A stretch of DNA of 64,000 bases from assembly GCA_965228895.1 (NCBI GenBank), contig OZ245842.1, positions 1,472,001-1,536,000 of the forward strand. Direction: 5' to 3'. The translations under genes and the position numbers were made by a program. This stretch comes from Alphaproteobacteria bacterium. Lineage in GTDB: Bacteria; Pseudomonadota; Alphaproteobacteria; SP197. Every line of letters begins with the position of its first letter. Within the stretch, counting starts at the first letter, position 1. Under the pieces are notes generated by a model. The model did not search any database. It saw only the letters and a list, made by a program, of their open reading frames with translations, and had not been told where the DNA came from. This document shows, in pieces, positions 20,081 to 30,413 of the stretch.

Positions 20081-21349
20081 CTATGCTGCGATCTTCAACC
20101 CTTTGGCGATCGCCTGCACTTGGTCGATGCCGCTCAGATAGGCGCCGTGGCATGTCGCAAAGAACGAGGTATGCGTGGCCTCGCCGGCGAAGAACACCGT
20201 GTTATCGACCGGCTTCGCGAGTTCGGCGCGCATGTGGCCGTTGCCCGGCGTGGCGCCGGAATAGGAGCCTAAAGTCCAGGGGTCACCTTCCCAGGCCGTG
20301 ACGATGACCCGATCCGATAGCGACGTCGCGATATCGCTGCCGAAGGCTTTGATCAGCCGCTCTGAGACATAGTCGACCGAGGCCTGCTGCCCCGACCGTT
20401 CAAGCCATGACCCGAAACGGCCGCCGGTCACGCCGCTGACGTAAGGATGCCCAAAGGGCCGAAGCTCAATGGCCATCGGCACATCGTCGCCTTCCAGCAT
20501 GATGGTGGCGTTGTCGTCGACATCCGGGCCAAAGGGGTCGTCGTTCAGCATGATGCCGATACGGTTGTGAACGCCGAGCGGCAGCGCCGCGATGGCGTCT
20601 TGTTTCCAATTTGGCAGCGATGGCGAGAACGTGATGGCACCTGAGGCTAAAACGTTCGTCGAGACGGTAACCAACACGCGCCGTGCGCGGACCGTACCCT
20701 TCGTCGACTCGACGGTAACGCCCGTGGTGTCCCACGATATGCGCGCGACCGGCGCGTTCAGCGTCACCGGTACGTCGGCGGCCCACGTTGCCACCAGCGC
20801 GCCGAAACCTTCTCTCAAAGGCCAGTTTTCCTCGGTGTCGTTGTAGGCGACGTTATCGACGATGGAGGTTTGGTCGATATCGCGCGAGGTACCGAGCGAG
20901 AACCAGTAAGCGATATAGGGTGCCCATGGGCTATCGAGGTCGACATAGTCGGCGACCGCAACGTCTTTGCCGTCTTCGACCGCCGCCTCGATGGCATCTT
21001 CCATGGCTTCTTCGGCGGCCTCCAGCTCGGCCAGTTTGTCTTTGGACAACCAGGTGCCGCGTTCAAAGACCGACGAGTGCCACTCGTTGTCTCGCTCAAA
21101 ATGGAAACCTTCGCGTTCGGCGATCGCGACGAACGGATTGAGGCTGGCCGAATGCATCCAATGACAGCCCAAATCGAACGGCACGCCTGTCGCGAACTCC
21201 TCGGTATAGGCGCGTCCGCCAATGCGATGCGAGGCTTCCAGCAGCGTGAAGGTAAGGCCCAGCTTCTGCGCCTCCTTGGCTGCGGCCAGTCCGGCCGCGC
21301 CCGCGCCGACAATCACCAGATCGACATCCGTAGACATTTCATCACCCAT
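20081..21349 (-). CDS. Flavin monoamine oxidase family protein
   Basis: VGAGAAGL...EASHRIGGR, DLGCHWMH, FFAGEAT...HGAYLSG. Confidence 0.9.
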   Translation of the reverse strand: MGDEMSTDVDLVIVGAGAAGLAAAKEAQKLGLTFTLLEASHRIGGRAYTEEFATGVPFDLGCHWMHSASLNPFVAIAEREGFHFERDNEWHSSVFERGTWLSKDKLAELEAAEEAMEDAIEAAVEDGKDVAVADYVDLDSPWAPYIAYWFSLGTSRDIDQTSIVDNVAYNDTEENWPLREGFGALVATWAADVPVTLNAPVARISWDTTGVTVESTKGTVRARRVLVTVSTNVLASGAITFSPSLPNWKQDAIAALPLGVHNRIGIMLNDDPFGPDVDDNATIMLEGDDVPMAIELRPFGHPYVSGVTGGRFGSWLERSGQQASVDYVSERLIKAFGSDIATSLSDRVIVTAWEGDPWTLGSYSGATPGNGHMRAELAKPVDNTVFFAGEATHTSFFATCHGAYLSGIDQVQAIAKGLKIAA

Positions 21350-21459
21350 TCTGTGCTTGTTCCTACACCGTAGAGCAAAATTTCCGGCAGGTAAATTCAG
21401 CTCATGCGGCGTATCCCATGCTGGATTAGGCTGTGGCTGTCAGTCCAGGCGGGGGTGTC

Positions 21460-22554
21460 ATGCGCATCGACTCCATCACCGGTTACGCCATTCGTTTTCC
21501 GTTTCTTGGCGGAAGTTTCGCGACCTCCTACGGCAGGCGCACGGCGCTCGCGAACATTCTGCTTGTGATTGGCGCCGACGATGGGCTCGAGGGGTTCGGT
21601 GAGGTTTGCCAGCTCAGCACGGTCACGCCGACGCCGCTAGACGATGATGAGGTCAAAGGGGCGGCCAAGGCCTGCCGGAACCTTATCGGTCTGGAGTCGC
21701 GCGATATCGTCGCGGCAGCCGGGGCGCTTGGCCCCGATGTGCCGTCCAATCTGCGTTGCGGTGTTGATACGGCGCTGTGGGATATGATGGGGCGGCGCAC
21801 CGGCCAGCCGCTGTATCGTCTGTTTGGCGGGCGTGCCGATGAGCAGACGGCGATCTATGCGACACTGAGCAGTGAGGCGCCCGATCACGTTGCGCGAGGC
21901 GCCGAGGTCGCGCGTCAAAAGGGTGTCAGCCGTTTCCAGCTAAAGATCGAAGGGCACCCCGGCCGCGATATCGCGCGTATCGAAGCGCTGGCCGCATCTT
22001 TGCGTTCTGACGAGGAAGCCCTGGCTGACGCCAATGGTGGTCTTGATGTTGAAGGCGCTCTTGCCGTTGCCAAGGCAGCCAAAAAAGGCGGCATCATGAT
22101 CGAAGAACCGTGCGCCACGTATGAGGAGAACCTAGAGGTCGCCCGCGCCAGCGCGTGTCCGGTTGTACTGGACCAGTGCATGAACACACCGGCCATGTAT
22201 GTCCGCGCGATTGCCGCACAAACGTTCGCCGGTGTCGGCGTCAAGCCGACCAATCTGGGTGGTCTCTCGGTCGCTCGTACCGTGCGTGACCTGTGCATCG
22301 CCGCTGATCTGCCCATGAAGATCGATGACATGTGGGCCGGCGATGCGGGCTCTCTGGGCGTCCTCCATCTCGCCGCTGGCGTCCCGCGGGATTTGCTTCT
22401 GTCATCGGTCGATATGCGCGCCTATTTCGACGGCGCCATGTTCTCCGGCGGTCCGGTCGCCGCGGACGGCATGATCGCGTTGGCCGATGCGCCCGGCCTT
22501 GGGCTGTCTCCCTTGCGCGAACGGTTCGGCGAACCACTGTTCTCGGTCGCATGA
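21460..22554 (+). CDS. Enolase superfamily enzyme (mandelate racemase/MLE; proline-betaine epimerase-like)
   Basis: DTALWD, FQLKI, DAN, EEP, LD, K...GG motifs. Confidence 0.8.
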   Translation: MRIDSITGYAIRFPFLGGSFATSYGRRTALANILLVIGADDGLEGFGEVCQLSTVTPTPLDDDEVKGAAKACRNLIGLESRDIVAAAGALGPDVPSNLRCGVDTALWDMMGRRTGQPLYRLFGGRADEQTAIYATLSSEAPDHVARGAEVARQKGVSRFQLKIEGHPGRDIARIEALAASLRSDEEALADANGGLDVEGALAVAKAAKKGGIMIEEPCATYEENLEVARASACPVVLDQCMNTPAMYVRAIAAQTFAGVGVKPTNLGGLSVARTVRDLCIAADLPMKIDDMWAGDAGSLGVLHLAAGVPRDLLLSSVDMRAYFDGAMFSGGPVAADGMIALADAPGLGLSPLRERFGEPLFSVA

Positions 22555-22741
22555 GCCGAGGCCGCGGCGGGGTTGGTGCCGTGTCCTGCCGGGCGTTAGG
22601 ATGGTTTTTGCGGTAGGCGGGCTGCGCAGCTACTCTGGGGCGGAAATCATGCGGTATCTGGCGTCGTAATCATGCTGATTGAAGGCAGGCTGGATGCTGC
22701 ATAGGTTCAGGCGTCATCGAAACCCAGGCGACCATCACGGC

Positions 22742-23806
22742 ATGAAACCGATTCGAGACTGGTTCAAGCAGACCTTTTCCGACCCGCAGGTGCTGCTGCT
22801 GACCATTATTCTGATCGTCGTTCTGGTGGCGATCATCTTTGTCGCCAACATGGTCGCGCCGGTCATCGCTGCCCTGGTCATTGCCTTTTTGCTCGATGGA
22901 CTGGTGGAACGCCTGAAACGCATCGGCGTCAGTCACATTGTTGCCGTCAGTTTTGTCTTTATCGCATTTATGCTGGCCACGTTGCTGTTCATCCTTGGCC
23001 TGATGCCGGTCTTGATCCGTCAGGTCGGTGAGTTCTTCCAGCAGACTCCGGCGATGATGGCTGAGTTTCAGCGTCTGCTCCTGCAACTGCCCGAGCAGTA
23101 TCCGGATTTTGTGACCGAGGAGCAGGTGCGCGGTTTCATCGCCGATCTCGGGCGCTCCGTCGTTGGCGCTGCCAGGGTCCTGCCATCGTTTGCCGGTACG
23201 TCGGTGGTGACTCTGCTGACCGCCATTGTCTACATCATCCTGGTCCTGCTCTTGGTCTTTTTCATGATCAAGGACAAGATCAAGATCACCGAGTGGGTCG
23301 AAGGGTTTCTACCGCGTGACCGTGACCTGACAACCGATGTCTGGCGTCAGGTAAACCGCCAGATCGGCAACTACGTCCGCGGCAAGTTCTGGGAAATCCT
23401 TATTGTTGGCGTGGTTACTTATGTTGTCTTCGCCGCGCTGGGTGTGAATTTCAGTGCGTTGCTGGCTGTCATCACCGGTCTTTCCGTTCTGATCCCCTAT
23501 GTCGGTGCAGCAGCGGTTACGGTGCCGGTGGCCGTCGTCGGTTTTGTGCAGTGGGGCACCAGCATGGACTTTCTCTACGTCATGGTGGCCTATGGCATCA
23601 TCCAAGCGCTTGACGGCAACCTCCTGGCGCCGCTCCTGTTCAGCGAGGTCGTTGACCTGCATCCGATCGCCATCATTGTTGCGATCCTGGTATTCGGCGG
23701 GTTGTGGGGCTTTTGGGGCGTCTTTTTCGCGATCCCGCTGGCTACTGTCGTTCAGGCGGTGCTCAGGGCTTGGCCCAGAACATCGGCATGGCGAAAGCCG
23801 ATCTGA
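22742..23806 (+). CDS. AI-2E family transporter (PerM-like)
   Basis: NYVRGK, LIPYVG, IQALDGNLL.PLLFSE..LHP, GLWGFWGVFFAIP. Confidence 0.88.
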   Translation: MKPIRDWFKQTFSDPQVLLLTIILIVVLVAIIFVANMVAPVIAALVIAFLLDGLVERLKRIGVSHIVAVSFVFIAFMLATLLFILGLMPVLIRQVGEFFQQTPAMMAEFQRLLLQLPEQYPDFVTEEQVRGFIADLGRSVVGAARVLPSFAGTSVVTLLTAIVYIILVLLLVFFMIKDKIKITEWVEGFLPRDRDLTTDVWRQVNRQIGNYVRGKFWEILIVGVVTYVVFAALGVNFSALLAVITGLSVLIPYVGAAAVTVPVAVVGFVQWGTSMDFLYVMVAYGIIQALDGNLLAPLLFSEVVDLHPIAIIVAILVFGGLWGFWGVFFAIPLATVVQAVLRAWPRTSAWRKPI

Positions 23807-23999
23807 CGGTCTGGGTCTCGAGCATTTGCATAGGCCATTGGCGATAGCAAAAACCCGATAGCCGTTGCGATTGGTGGAGTGCTCTGCAAGACTTCCGCGC
23901 GCGCACACGAGTGCGCCCAGAGCCGAACGAAAACGGGAGGCGGCGTTAAGCTGGCGCAACGACGCCAGGTTTCAACCGTCGCGAAGGGCAAACGCATAG

Positions 24000-24947
24000 G
24001 TGTTCAAGCTCATAGTCAGGCGCCTGTTATTGGGTGCCGTAACCCTTCTGGCCATCTCGGTCCTGGTGTTCGTTGGGACTGAGTTGCTGCCCGGCGACGT
24101 CGCCCAGGCCGTGCTTGGCCAGTCGGCGACCGAAGAAACGGTCGCCGCTCTGCGTGCCCAGCTCGGACTCGATCGGCCGCCGCATGTTCGTTACTTCGAT
24201 TGGCTCGGCTCGATCCTCAGCGGCAATCTGGGCGTTGCGCTGACCAACGGCATGCCGCTGGAACGCATTGTCGGTCAGCGGCTTGAGAATACGATCTATC
24301 TGGCGCTCTATGCCGCGGTCGTCGCCATTCCGCTGTCGCTGTTGCTTGGTCTGCTGTGCGCCGCCTATCCCGAGAGCTCGTTCGACAGGTCGGTGTCGTC
24401 GACGACGGTCTTCTTCATCTCGATCCCCGACTTCGTCATCGCCGTCGTCCTGGTGATGATCTTCGCGGTTGAGCTCGGCTGGTTCTCTGCGACCATCCAC
24501 CGGCCGCGCTGGGATAACGTTTTCACCACGCTGGGCCAGACATTCCTGCCCATGGTTACGCTGGTCTTGTCTTTGCTGGCCCATGTCATCCGTATGACGC
24601 GGGCGGCCGTCCTGGATGTCTTGAAGCAGGCCTATGTGGAGATGGCGATCCTGAAGGGCGCGTCGAAGTCGCGCATCATCATCAAACACGCCATCCCCAA
24701 TGCGCTCGGGCCTATCGTGAACGTCGTCGCGCTCAACCTGGGTTACCTGATCAGCGGCGTTGTCGTGGTCGAGGTCATCTTCACCTATCCGGGCCTCGGC
24801 CGGTTGATGGTGGACTCCGTCGTCTTCCGCGATGTCCCGCAAATTCAGATCGTCGCCATGGTGTTCTGCGCGTTCTATGTCGCACTCAACATTCTCGCCG
24901 ATATCGGCGCGATCATGGCCAACCCGCGCCTGAGGTACGCCAAATGA
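24000..24947 (+). CDS. Peptide/opine ABC permease (DppB-like)
   Basis: LPGDVAQ, LGLDRP, EAA loop YVEMAILKG, VEVIFTYPGLG. Confidence 0.92.
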   Translation: MFKLIVRRLLLGAVTLLAISVLVFVGTELLPGDVAQAVLGQSATEETVAALRAQLGLDRPPHVRYFDWLGSILSGNLGVALTNGMPLERIVGQRLENTIYLALYAAVVAIPLSLLLGLLCAAYPESSFDRSVSSTTVFFISIPDFVIAVVLVMIFAVELGWFSATIHRPRWDNVFTTLGQTFLPMVTLVLSLLAHVIRMTRAAVLDVLKQAYVEMAILKGASKSRIIIKHAIPNALGPIVNVVALNLGYLISGVVVVEVIFTYPGLGRLMVDSVVFRDVPQIQIVAMVFCAFYVALNILADIGAIMANPRLRYAK

Positions 24948-25822
24948 CCGACACCACGGCACCACGCGCGGTACCGCGCAAACGCAGCAAGCGGGCACGG
25001 CCGAAGCCCGATGCCTGGGCCTGGGCCGGCATCGTTATCGTCATTCTCGGCCTCGTTCTGGCGCTGATCGGGCCCTTGTTGGCGCCCTATAATGTCGGCC
25101 AGATCGTCGGCGGCGTGTTTGATCGGCCCAACGACCAGACCCTTTTGGGCACCGATGTGCTGGGCCGCGATATCCTCACGCGGTTGCTCTACGGTGCGCA
25201 GCTAACTGTGGGTGTCGCACTGGCAGCGACGGTCATGGGGTTCCTGCTGGGCATGGCGGTCGGTTTCTCGGCTGCCGAGATTCGCGGCCGCTACGATGAC
25301 TTCGTCACATGGCTGCTCGATGTCTTCCTGTCGTTCCCGCCTATCCTGTTGGCGCTGATCGTCATTGCCGCGCTGTCGTCTGATCTGTGGGTCCTGATCT
25401 GCACCATCGCGGTCATCCACGCCTCGCGTGTTGGCCGGGTCGGCCGGGCCGTCGCCATGAACATTGCCGCACTGGAGTTTGTCGAGGTCGCGCGTGCGCG
25501 CGGCGAGAAGCTAACATCGATCCTGGTGCGCGAGATCTGGCCATCGACCATCAGACCTTTGGCCGTCGAGTTCGGTCTGCGCTTGACCTATTCGATCCTC
25601 TTCCTGTCGAGCTTGAGCTTCCTTGGGCTCGGCATCCAACCACCCGACGCGGACTGGGGCAGCATGGTGCGCGAGAACCTGAACGCGCTGCAAAGGGGAA
25701 CCTATATCGCGGTGCTGGCGCCAGCGTTTTCGATCGCCATTTTGACCGTCGGCGTCAACCTGATCGTCGACTGGCTTGGCAGCCAGTCCGGCCGCTCGAT
25801 CTCGAAGGAACTCACCGGGTGA
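24944..25822 (+). CDS. Peptide/opine ABC permease (DppC-like)
   Basis: LGTDVLGRD, FVEVARARGE, LSFLGLGIQPP..DWG; ATGA overlap with the upstream gene. Confidence 0.92.
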   Translation: MTDTTAPRAVPRKRSKRARPKPDAWAWAGIVIVILGLVLALIGPLLAPYNVGQIVGGVFDRPNDQTLLGTDVLGRDILTRLLYGAQLTVGVALAATVMGFLLGMAVGFSAAEIRGRYDDFVTWLLDVFLSFPPILLALIVIAALSSDLWVLICTIAVIHASRVGRVGRAVAMNIAALEFVEVARARGEKLTSILVREIWPSTIRPLAVEFGLRLTYSILFLSSLSFLGLGIQPPDADWGSMVRENLNALQRGTYIAVLAPAFSIAILTVGVNLIVDWLGSQSGRSISKELTG

Positions 25823-27654
25823 CGCCGCTGCTTCGTATCAGCGATCTGGTTGTCGAAGCCAGACCGCCCTCCGGCGTATGGGTACAGACCGTCAACGATG
25901 TCAGCGTCGACGTTCACCCGGGTGAGGTCGTCGCACTGATCGGTGAATCCGGTGCCGGCAAGACGACCGTGGCGCTGGCCGCGCTCGGCTACACCCGGCC
26001 GGGCACTCGGTTCAAGGCCGGCTCGGTCATCCTGGGCGACGATGACATCTTGAAGCTGTCGACCGCTGCCCGCCGTGACCTCAGGGGCAAGGACGTTGCC
26101 TACGTGGCGCAGAGTGCCCAGGCGGCCCTTAACCCCGCGATCCCGATCGGCGAGCAGGTCGCCGAGGGCCTGGTGTTGCACGGTCTGGCCAAGGAGAAAG
26201 AGGCCAACAAGCGCGCGGTTGAGCTTCTTGCCTTGCTCGACCTGCCCGACCCGCCGGCGCTTGCGCACCGCTATCCCCACCAAGCTTCGGGCGGCCAGCA
26301 GCAGCGCATCATGATGGCCATGGCCATGGCGTGCCGGCCCAAGCTTCTGGTCCTCGACGAACCGACAACCGCGCTTGACGTGACGACCCAGATCGAGGTG
26401 CTGCAGGCGATCAAGGATGTCATCCGCGAGCACGGGACAGCCGCCGTCTATGTGTCCCACGACCTCTCGGTTGTCGCCCAGGTCGCCGACCGCATCCTGG
26501 TTATGAACCAAGGCGACGTGGTCGAGCGAGGCGATACCGACGACATCCTGGAACGCCCGCGCGAGGACTACACGCGCACGCTGCTGGGCGCCGTGAAACC
26601 CAAACCCAGCCGCGACACCGCGGTATCCGATTGGGTTCCCGATGCCTCGCTGCAGCCGATCATGACGATCCGGGGCGTGAACGCGACCTATGAACGCGCG
26701 GGCATGTTCCAGACCTTGTCGCGCGAGAGCAACGTGCTGCACGATAACGACCTTGACGTCTTCCCCCAGGAAGTCCTGGCCCTGGTCGGCGAGTCCGGTA
26801 GCGGCAAGTCGACTCTGGCCCGCGTCATCGCCGGCCTGCACCCGGCGCTTAACGGCAGCGTGACGTTTCGGGGCGAACAACTGGCGGCCCGGTCCAATCA
26901 GCGCACCAAGGACCAGCTGCGGCGTATCCAGATCATCTTCCAAAGCCCGGATCAATCGTTGAACCCGGAACGGCGCATCGACGAGGCGATCGGCCGTCCG
27001 CTGGAGCTTTACTTCGGCATGTCGGGGTCCGAGAAGCAGGACCGCATTGCCGATCTCCTCGAGATGGTTGGTCTCGACGCCGACTTTGCCGGGCGCTTCC
27101 CGAGCGAGCTATCCGGCGGCCAGCGCCAGCGCGTATCGATCGCACGTGCCTTCGGCGCCGAGCCCGACATTATCCTGTGCGATGAGGTGTTGTCGTCCCT
27201 CGATACGGTCGTCGCGGCGCGCGTTCTCGACCTGATGAAGGAACTGCGCGAACAGCACAATGTCGGCTACCTCTTCATCAGCCATGACCTCTCGACCGTC
27301 GCCTCGATCGCTGACCGCGTCGCCGTCATGTATGCGGGCCGGGTGATCGATGTTGGTCCGACCAAGGAAGTCTTTGCGCCACCGCACCATCCCTATACCC
27401 AGCTTCTGATCAACTCGGTGCCGGCGCTCAAAACCGGCTGGCTGGAAGAGGTGATCGAGACACGCGAGGCCAGCGCCGGCATGCGCAGCAACATCATGCT
27501 GCATGATGAGGCCTGTCCGTTCCGCCTGCGCTGCCCTCTGGTGATCGAGGGCAAGTGTGACAGCGAACCGCCACCGCTGACCATGTTGAGCGAAACCCAC
27601 GGTATCTACTGTCAGCGCGACGCCGCCGACTTGAAGGCGGCGCAAGACCACTAG
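25819..27654 (+). CDS. Fused double ABC ATPase (DppD/F)
   Basis: Two Walker A motifs (GESGAGKT, GESGSGKS) and signatures SGGQQQR/LSGGQRQR; C-terminal Cys cluster; GTGA overlap. Confidence 0.92.
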   Translation: MTPLLRISDLVVEARPPSGVWVQTVNDVSVDVHPGEVVALIGESGAGKTTVALAALGYTRPGTRFKAGSVILGDDDILKLSTAARRDLRGKDVAYVAQSAQAALNPAIPIGEQVAEGLVLHGLAKEKEANKRAVELLALLDLPDPPALAHRYPHQASGGQQQRIMMAMAMACRPKLLVLDEPTTALDVTTQIEVLQAIKDVIREHGTAAVYVSHDLSVVAQVADRILVMNQGDVVERGDTDDILERPREDYTRTLLGAVKPKPSRDTAVSDWVPDASLQPIMTIRGVNATYERAGMFQTLSRESNVLHDNDLDVFPQEVLALVGESGSGKSTLARVIAGLHPALNGSVTFRGEQLAARSNQRTKDQLRRIQIIFQSPDQSLNPERRIDEAIGRPLELYFGMSGSEKQDRIADLLEMVGLDADFAGRFPSELSGGQRQRVSIARAFGAEPDIILCDEVLSSLDTVVAARVLDLMKELREQHNVGYLFISHDLSTVASIADRVAVMYAGRVIDVGPTKEVFAPPHHPYTQLLINSVPALKTGWLEEVIETREASAGMRSNIMLHDEACPFRLRCPLVIEGKCDSEPPPLTMLSETHGIYCQRDAADLKAAQDH

Positions 27655-27661
27655 CCGATTC

Positions 27662-28258
27662 ATGGCATTGGACTATTTCATTCGCCCGGCCGAGCCCCGT
27701 GACGTCGCGGATTTGGCGCGCCTCCAGGTTCTCGGTTCCGATGGTGTCATCGAAGCTATCTATGCTGATCTGATCCCGAACCAGAGCGTGGCCGAGATGC
27801 TGGAACGCCGTTTTTTCTTCCAGAACTCGACCAAGTCGTATCGCAACTGTTGGGTCGCGGAATCAGACGGCCACGTGATCGGCGACCTGCACGCCCACCC
27901 GTTCGACGCGATGACCGGCGACCCTTCCGACCCCATTGTGCCGGATGAGCGTTACGCCGTTGTTGAGCCGTTCGATATCCTGGATCAGGCCGGCGAGGGG
28001 ACGTATCACGTCAACATTCTGGCCGTTTATCCCGACTACCAAGGACATGGTGCGGGCTCGGCACTGACCGAACTGGCGCTAGAGAATGCGCGCGGACTTG
28101 GCCTCGGCGCGGTAAGTTTGGTCTGTTTCGAGGAAAACAGACCGGCCATGGCGCTTTACGCCCGCCATGGCTTTGCCGAAGCCGCGCGTGCACCGGCCGT
28201 CAGACATCCTTTGATCCACCACGGCGGTGATCTCCTTATGCTTGTCGCGCCGGTTTGA
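27662..28258 (+). CDS. GNAT family N-acetyltransferase
   Basis: LAVYPDYQGHGAG motif A; N..AMALYARHGF. Confidence 0.85.
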   Translation: MALDYFIRPAEPRDVADLARLQVLGSDGVIEAIYADLIPNQSVAEMLERRFFFQNSTKSYRNCWVAESDGHVIGDLHAHPFDAMTGDPSDPIVPDERYAVVEPFDILDQAGEGTYHVNILAVYPDYQGHGAGSALTELALENARGLGLGAVSLVCFEENRPAMALYARHGFAEAARAPAVRHPLIHHGGDLLMLVAPV

Positions 28259-28278
28259 CGATCAGTGGGCGAAGCGCC

Positions 28279-30321
28279 TTAGACGAGGTCCCGGGGTACA
28301 CGCTCGCTCCACTGGCGCGATGAGATCAGCTCTTCGCCGTTGTAGGCGTCGACCTTGGCCTCAAGATGGAAATCATCCTTCGTCGACCACATGCGGATCG
28401 ACGTGTCGGCTTTGACATGCCAGTCGTCGCGCGTCAGTTCGATGACCTGGACGATCTCCGCACGCGCCGAAAGCGGGTCGTCGCCGGTGATGCTGTAGCG
28501 GCGGTCCATGAACGATTGGACGACTAGGTCAATCGGATCCAGACGATAGGTGCCGTCAACGCCGAACAAACCGCCCTCCATCTGCAAGACAGACACGATT
28601 TCGCCGGTGACGAGGTCGTGCTCGATGGCGCGGCGGTAGTGCCCGGGTTTGATGTGTGTCGTCGGCACATCCGGCGCCGTTTCTGGCTCGTCAAAGACTG
28701 GCAGCCGATCATCATCGTCGCGCGGCGGACGAACCGGCAGCGTAAGCGTGCTGGCGCCCGATACGACGGTCAGCGTCACCGGTGTCGGGCTCGGCCAGAT
28801 GATCGGCCAATAGGATGTCGAGACGGCGATACGCAGGCGATGTCCTGCTGGGAAAGCGTGGGCGATGTCGTTGAGCTGCACCCTCACACGATAGTGTTCG
28901 TCCGGCACCAGCGGCTCGGGGTGCTCGTGACTGTCGCGATGAGTCAGGTTCAGGACGCCGTAGGTGACCTTGGTCGAGGCACCGTCCGGTGCGATGTCGT
29001 TGAGACGCACCGCGACCTGGGCAACCGGTTGGTCAGCGGCAATCTCCAGGTCGACCGCCGGCGCGCCCAGGATTTCGGTCCGCTCAGCCAGCGGCTCACT
29101 ATCGAAACACAGGGATCCCCGGTCGTCGGCTTGTTGGTCCGACGGCAACTCGCCCGGCAGACCGAAACCTGACCATTCGCCTGCCAGGAGGCCGGTGGTC
29201 AGCGGCGAGGCAATCGACAACGGGTCTGAAGGGCCGGGGTCGCTACCAAGCCCGTCCGCGTTCAGATGAAAGCGCCTTTCTTCTATCGTTGGTGACGGCC
29301 AGGCGCCTTCGGCCACCCATCGTCCTGGCCGGGCCTCGTAGGTCGACTGGGGCGGGACGGAGTCCTGCATCCAGGCGCGGTAAGCCGGTTCGTCGTCGAT
29401 GCCGTTGTCGATGTCCTTCAACCACCGGTCCCACCATCGACCGGCGTCTTGCAAGAAGCCGATGGCCGGTGCCGGGGTGCCGTCCTGCGGATAGATGTGC
29501 ACCCAGGGTCCGGTCAGGCCTCGGCACGGTCCGTCGAGACGCTGCAGCAGTCGCGGAATGGCGTTCGAATAACCATCGGCCCAGCCCCCGACCGCATAGA
29601 CCGGAACCTTGATGGCGCTGTAGTCCTCGCACACCGACCCGTGTTTCCAGTAGGCGTCGCGGCGGGCTTGCTCCATCCAACGGACCGGCCAGGGCCGGTT
29701 GGCGGCCAGGCGCTCCTGCCACATGGCGAGCCAGCGATCGCCGACGATCGCGGGGTCCGGCGGCCTTGCGTTGAAGACAAGCATGGCGGAGCCCCACCAC
29801 ATGTTGTCGTTCAACAGGCAGCCGCCCATGTAGTGGACGTCGTCGGCGTAACGGTCATCGGTCGAGCAGACCGTGACGATGGCCTTCAACGCCGGCGGCT
29901 GGAGCGCGGCGACTTGCAGCGCGTTGAAGCCGCCCCAGGATTTGCCCATCATACCCACGGCGCCGCTGCACCATGGCTGGTCGGCGAGCCAGGCGACGAC
30001 CTCGACGGCGTCGTCGAGCTCATGGACCTGCAGGTACTCATCCTCCAAGACACCATCCGAATCGCCCGATCCCCGCATATCGACGCGCACCGCCGCATAA
30101 CCCTGGCCGGCGAACCAGGCATGCATGGGCTGGTCCCGGTTCCGGGTGAAATCGCGCTTGCGGTAGGGGATGTACTCCAGGATCGCCGGTACCGGGTCCG
30201 CTTCTGCGTCTTCGGGAAGCCAGATGCGGGCGGCCAGACGGGTACCATCGGCAAGCTGGATCCAGGTGTTCTCAATCTCGCGTACCAGCCTGGGAAAGTC
30301 GGTTCGAATGCGTTTTGTCAT
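28279..30321 (-). CDS. CocE/NonD family serine hydrolase (copy 2)
   Basis: EYIPYRKRD, GKSWGG, STDDRYADDVHY, GPWVH. Confidence 0.9.
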   Translation of the reverse strand: MTKRIRTDFPRLVREIENTWIQLADGTRLAARIWLPEDAEADPVPAILEYIPYRKRDFTRNRDQPMHAWFAGQGYAAVRVDMRGSGDSDGVLEDEYLQVHELDDAVEVVAWLADQPWCSGAVGMMGKSWGGFNALQVAALQPPALKAIVTVCSTDDRYADDVHYMGGCLLNDNMWWGSAMLVFNARPPDPAIVGDRWLAMWQERLAANRPWPVRWMEQARRDAYWKHGSVCEDYSAIKVPVYAVGGWADGYSNAIPRLLQRLDGPCRGLTGPWVHIYPQDGTPAPAIGFLQDAGRWWDRWLKDIDNGIDDEPAYRAWMQDSVPPQSTYEARPGRWVAEGAWPSPTIEERRFHLNADGLGSDPGPSDPLSIASPLTTGLLAGEWSGFGLPGELPSDQQADDRGSLCFDSEPLAERTEILGAPAVDLEIAADQPVAQVAVRLNDIAPDGASTKVTYGVLNLTHRDSHEHPEPLVPDEHYRVRVQLNDIAHAFPAGHRLRIAVSTSYWPIIWPSPTPVTLTVVSGASTLTLPVRPPRDDDDRLPVFDEPETAPDVPTTHIKPGHYRRAIEHDLVTGEIVSVLQMEGGLFGVDGTYRLDPIDLVVQSFMDRRYSITGDDPLSARAEIVQVIELTRDDWHVKADTSIRMWSTKDDFHLEAKVDAYNGEELISSRQWSERVPRDLV

Positions 30322-30413
30322 GGACGATTCGCTCAATTTGCCGGACAAGATGGTGAGCTATCATGAGCGTGCCCGGGCCTTGGGTCGAGCGCGCTGTGTC
30401 GTCTGGAGGAAGC

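Noticed and set aside
23815-23890. Imperfect long hairpin upstream of the ABC permease
   Set aside because: Many mismatches and no recognisable riboswitch consensus
30301-30310. GGTTCGAAT T-loop-like motif
   Set aside because: Inside a CDS, no cloverleaf; not a tRNA
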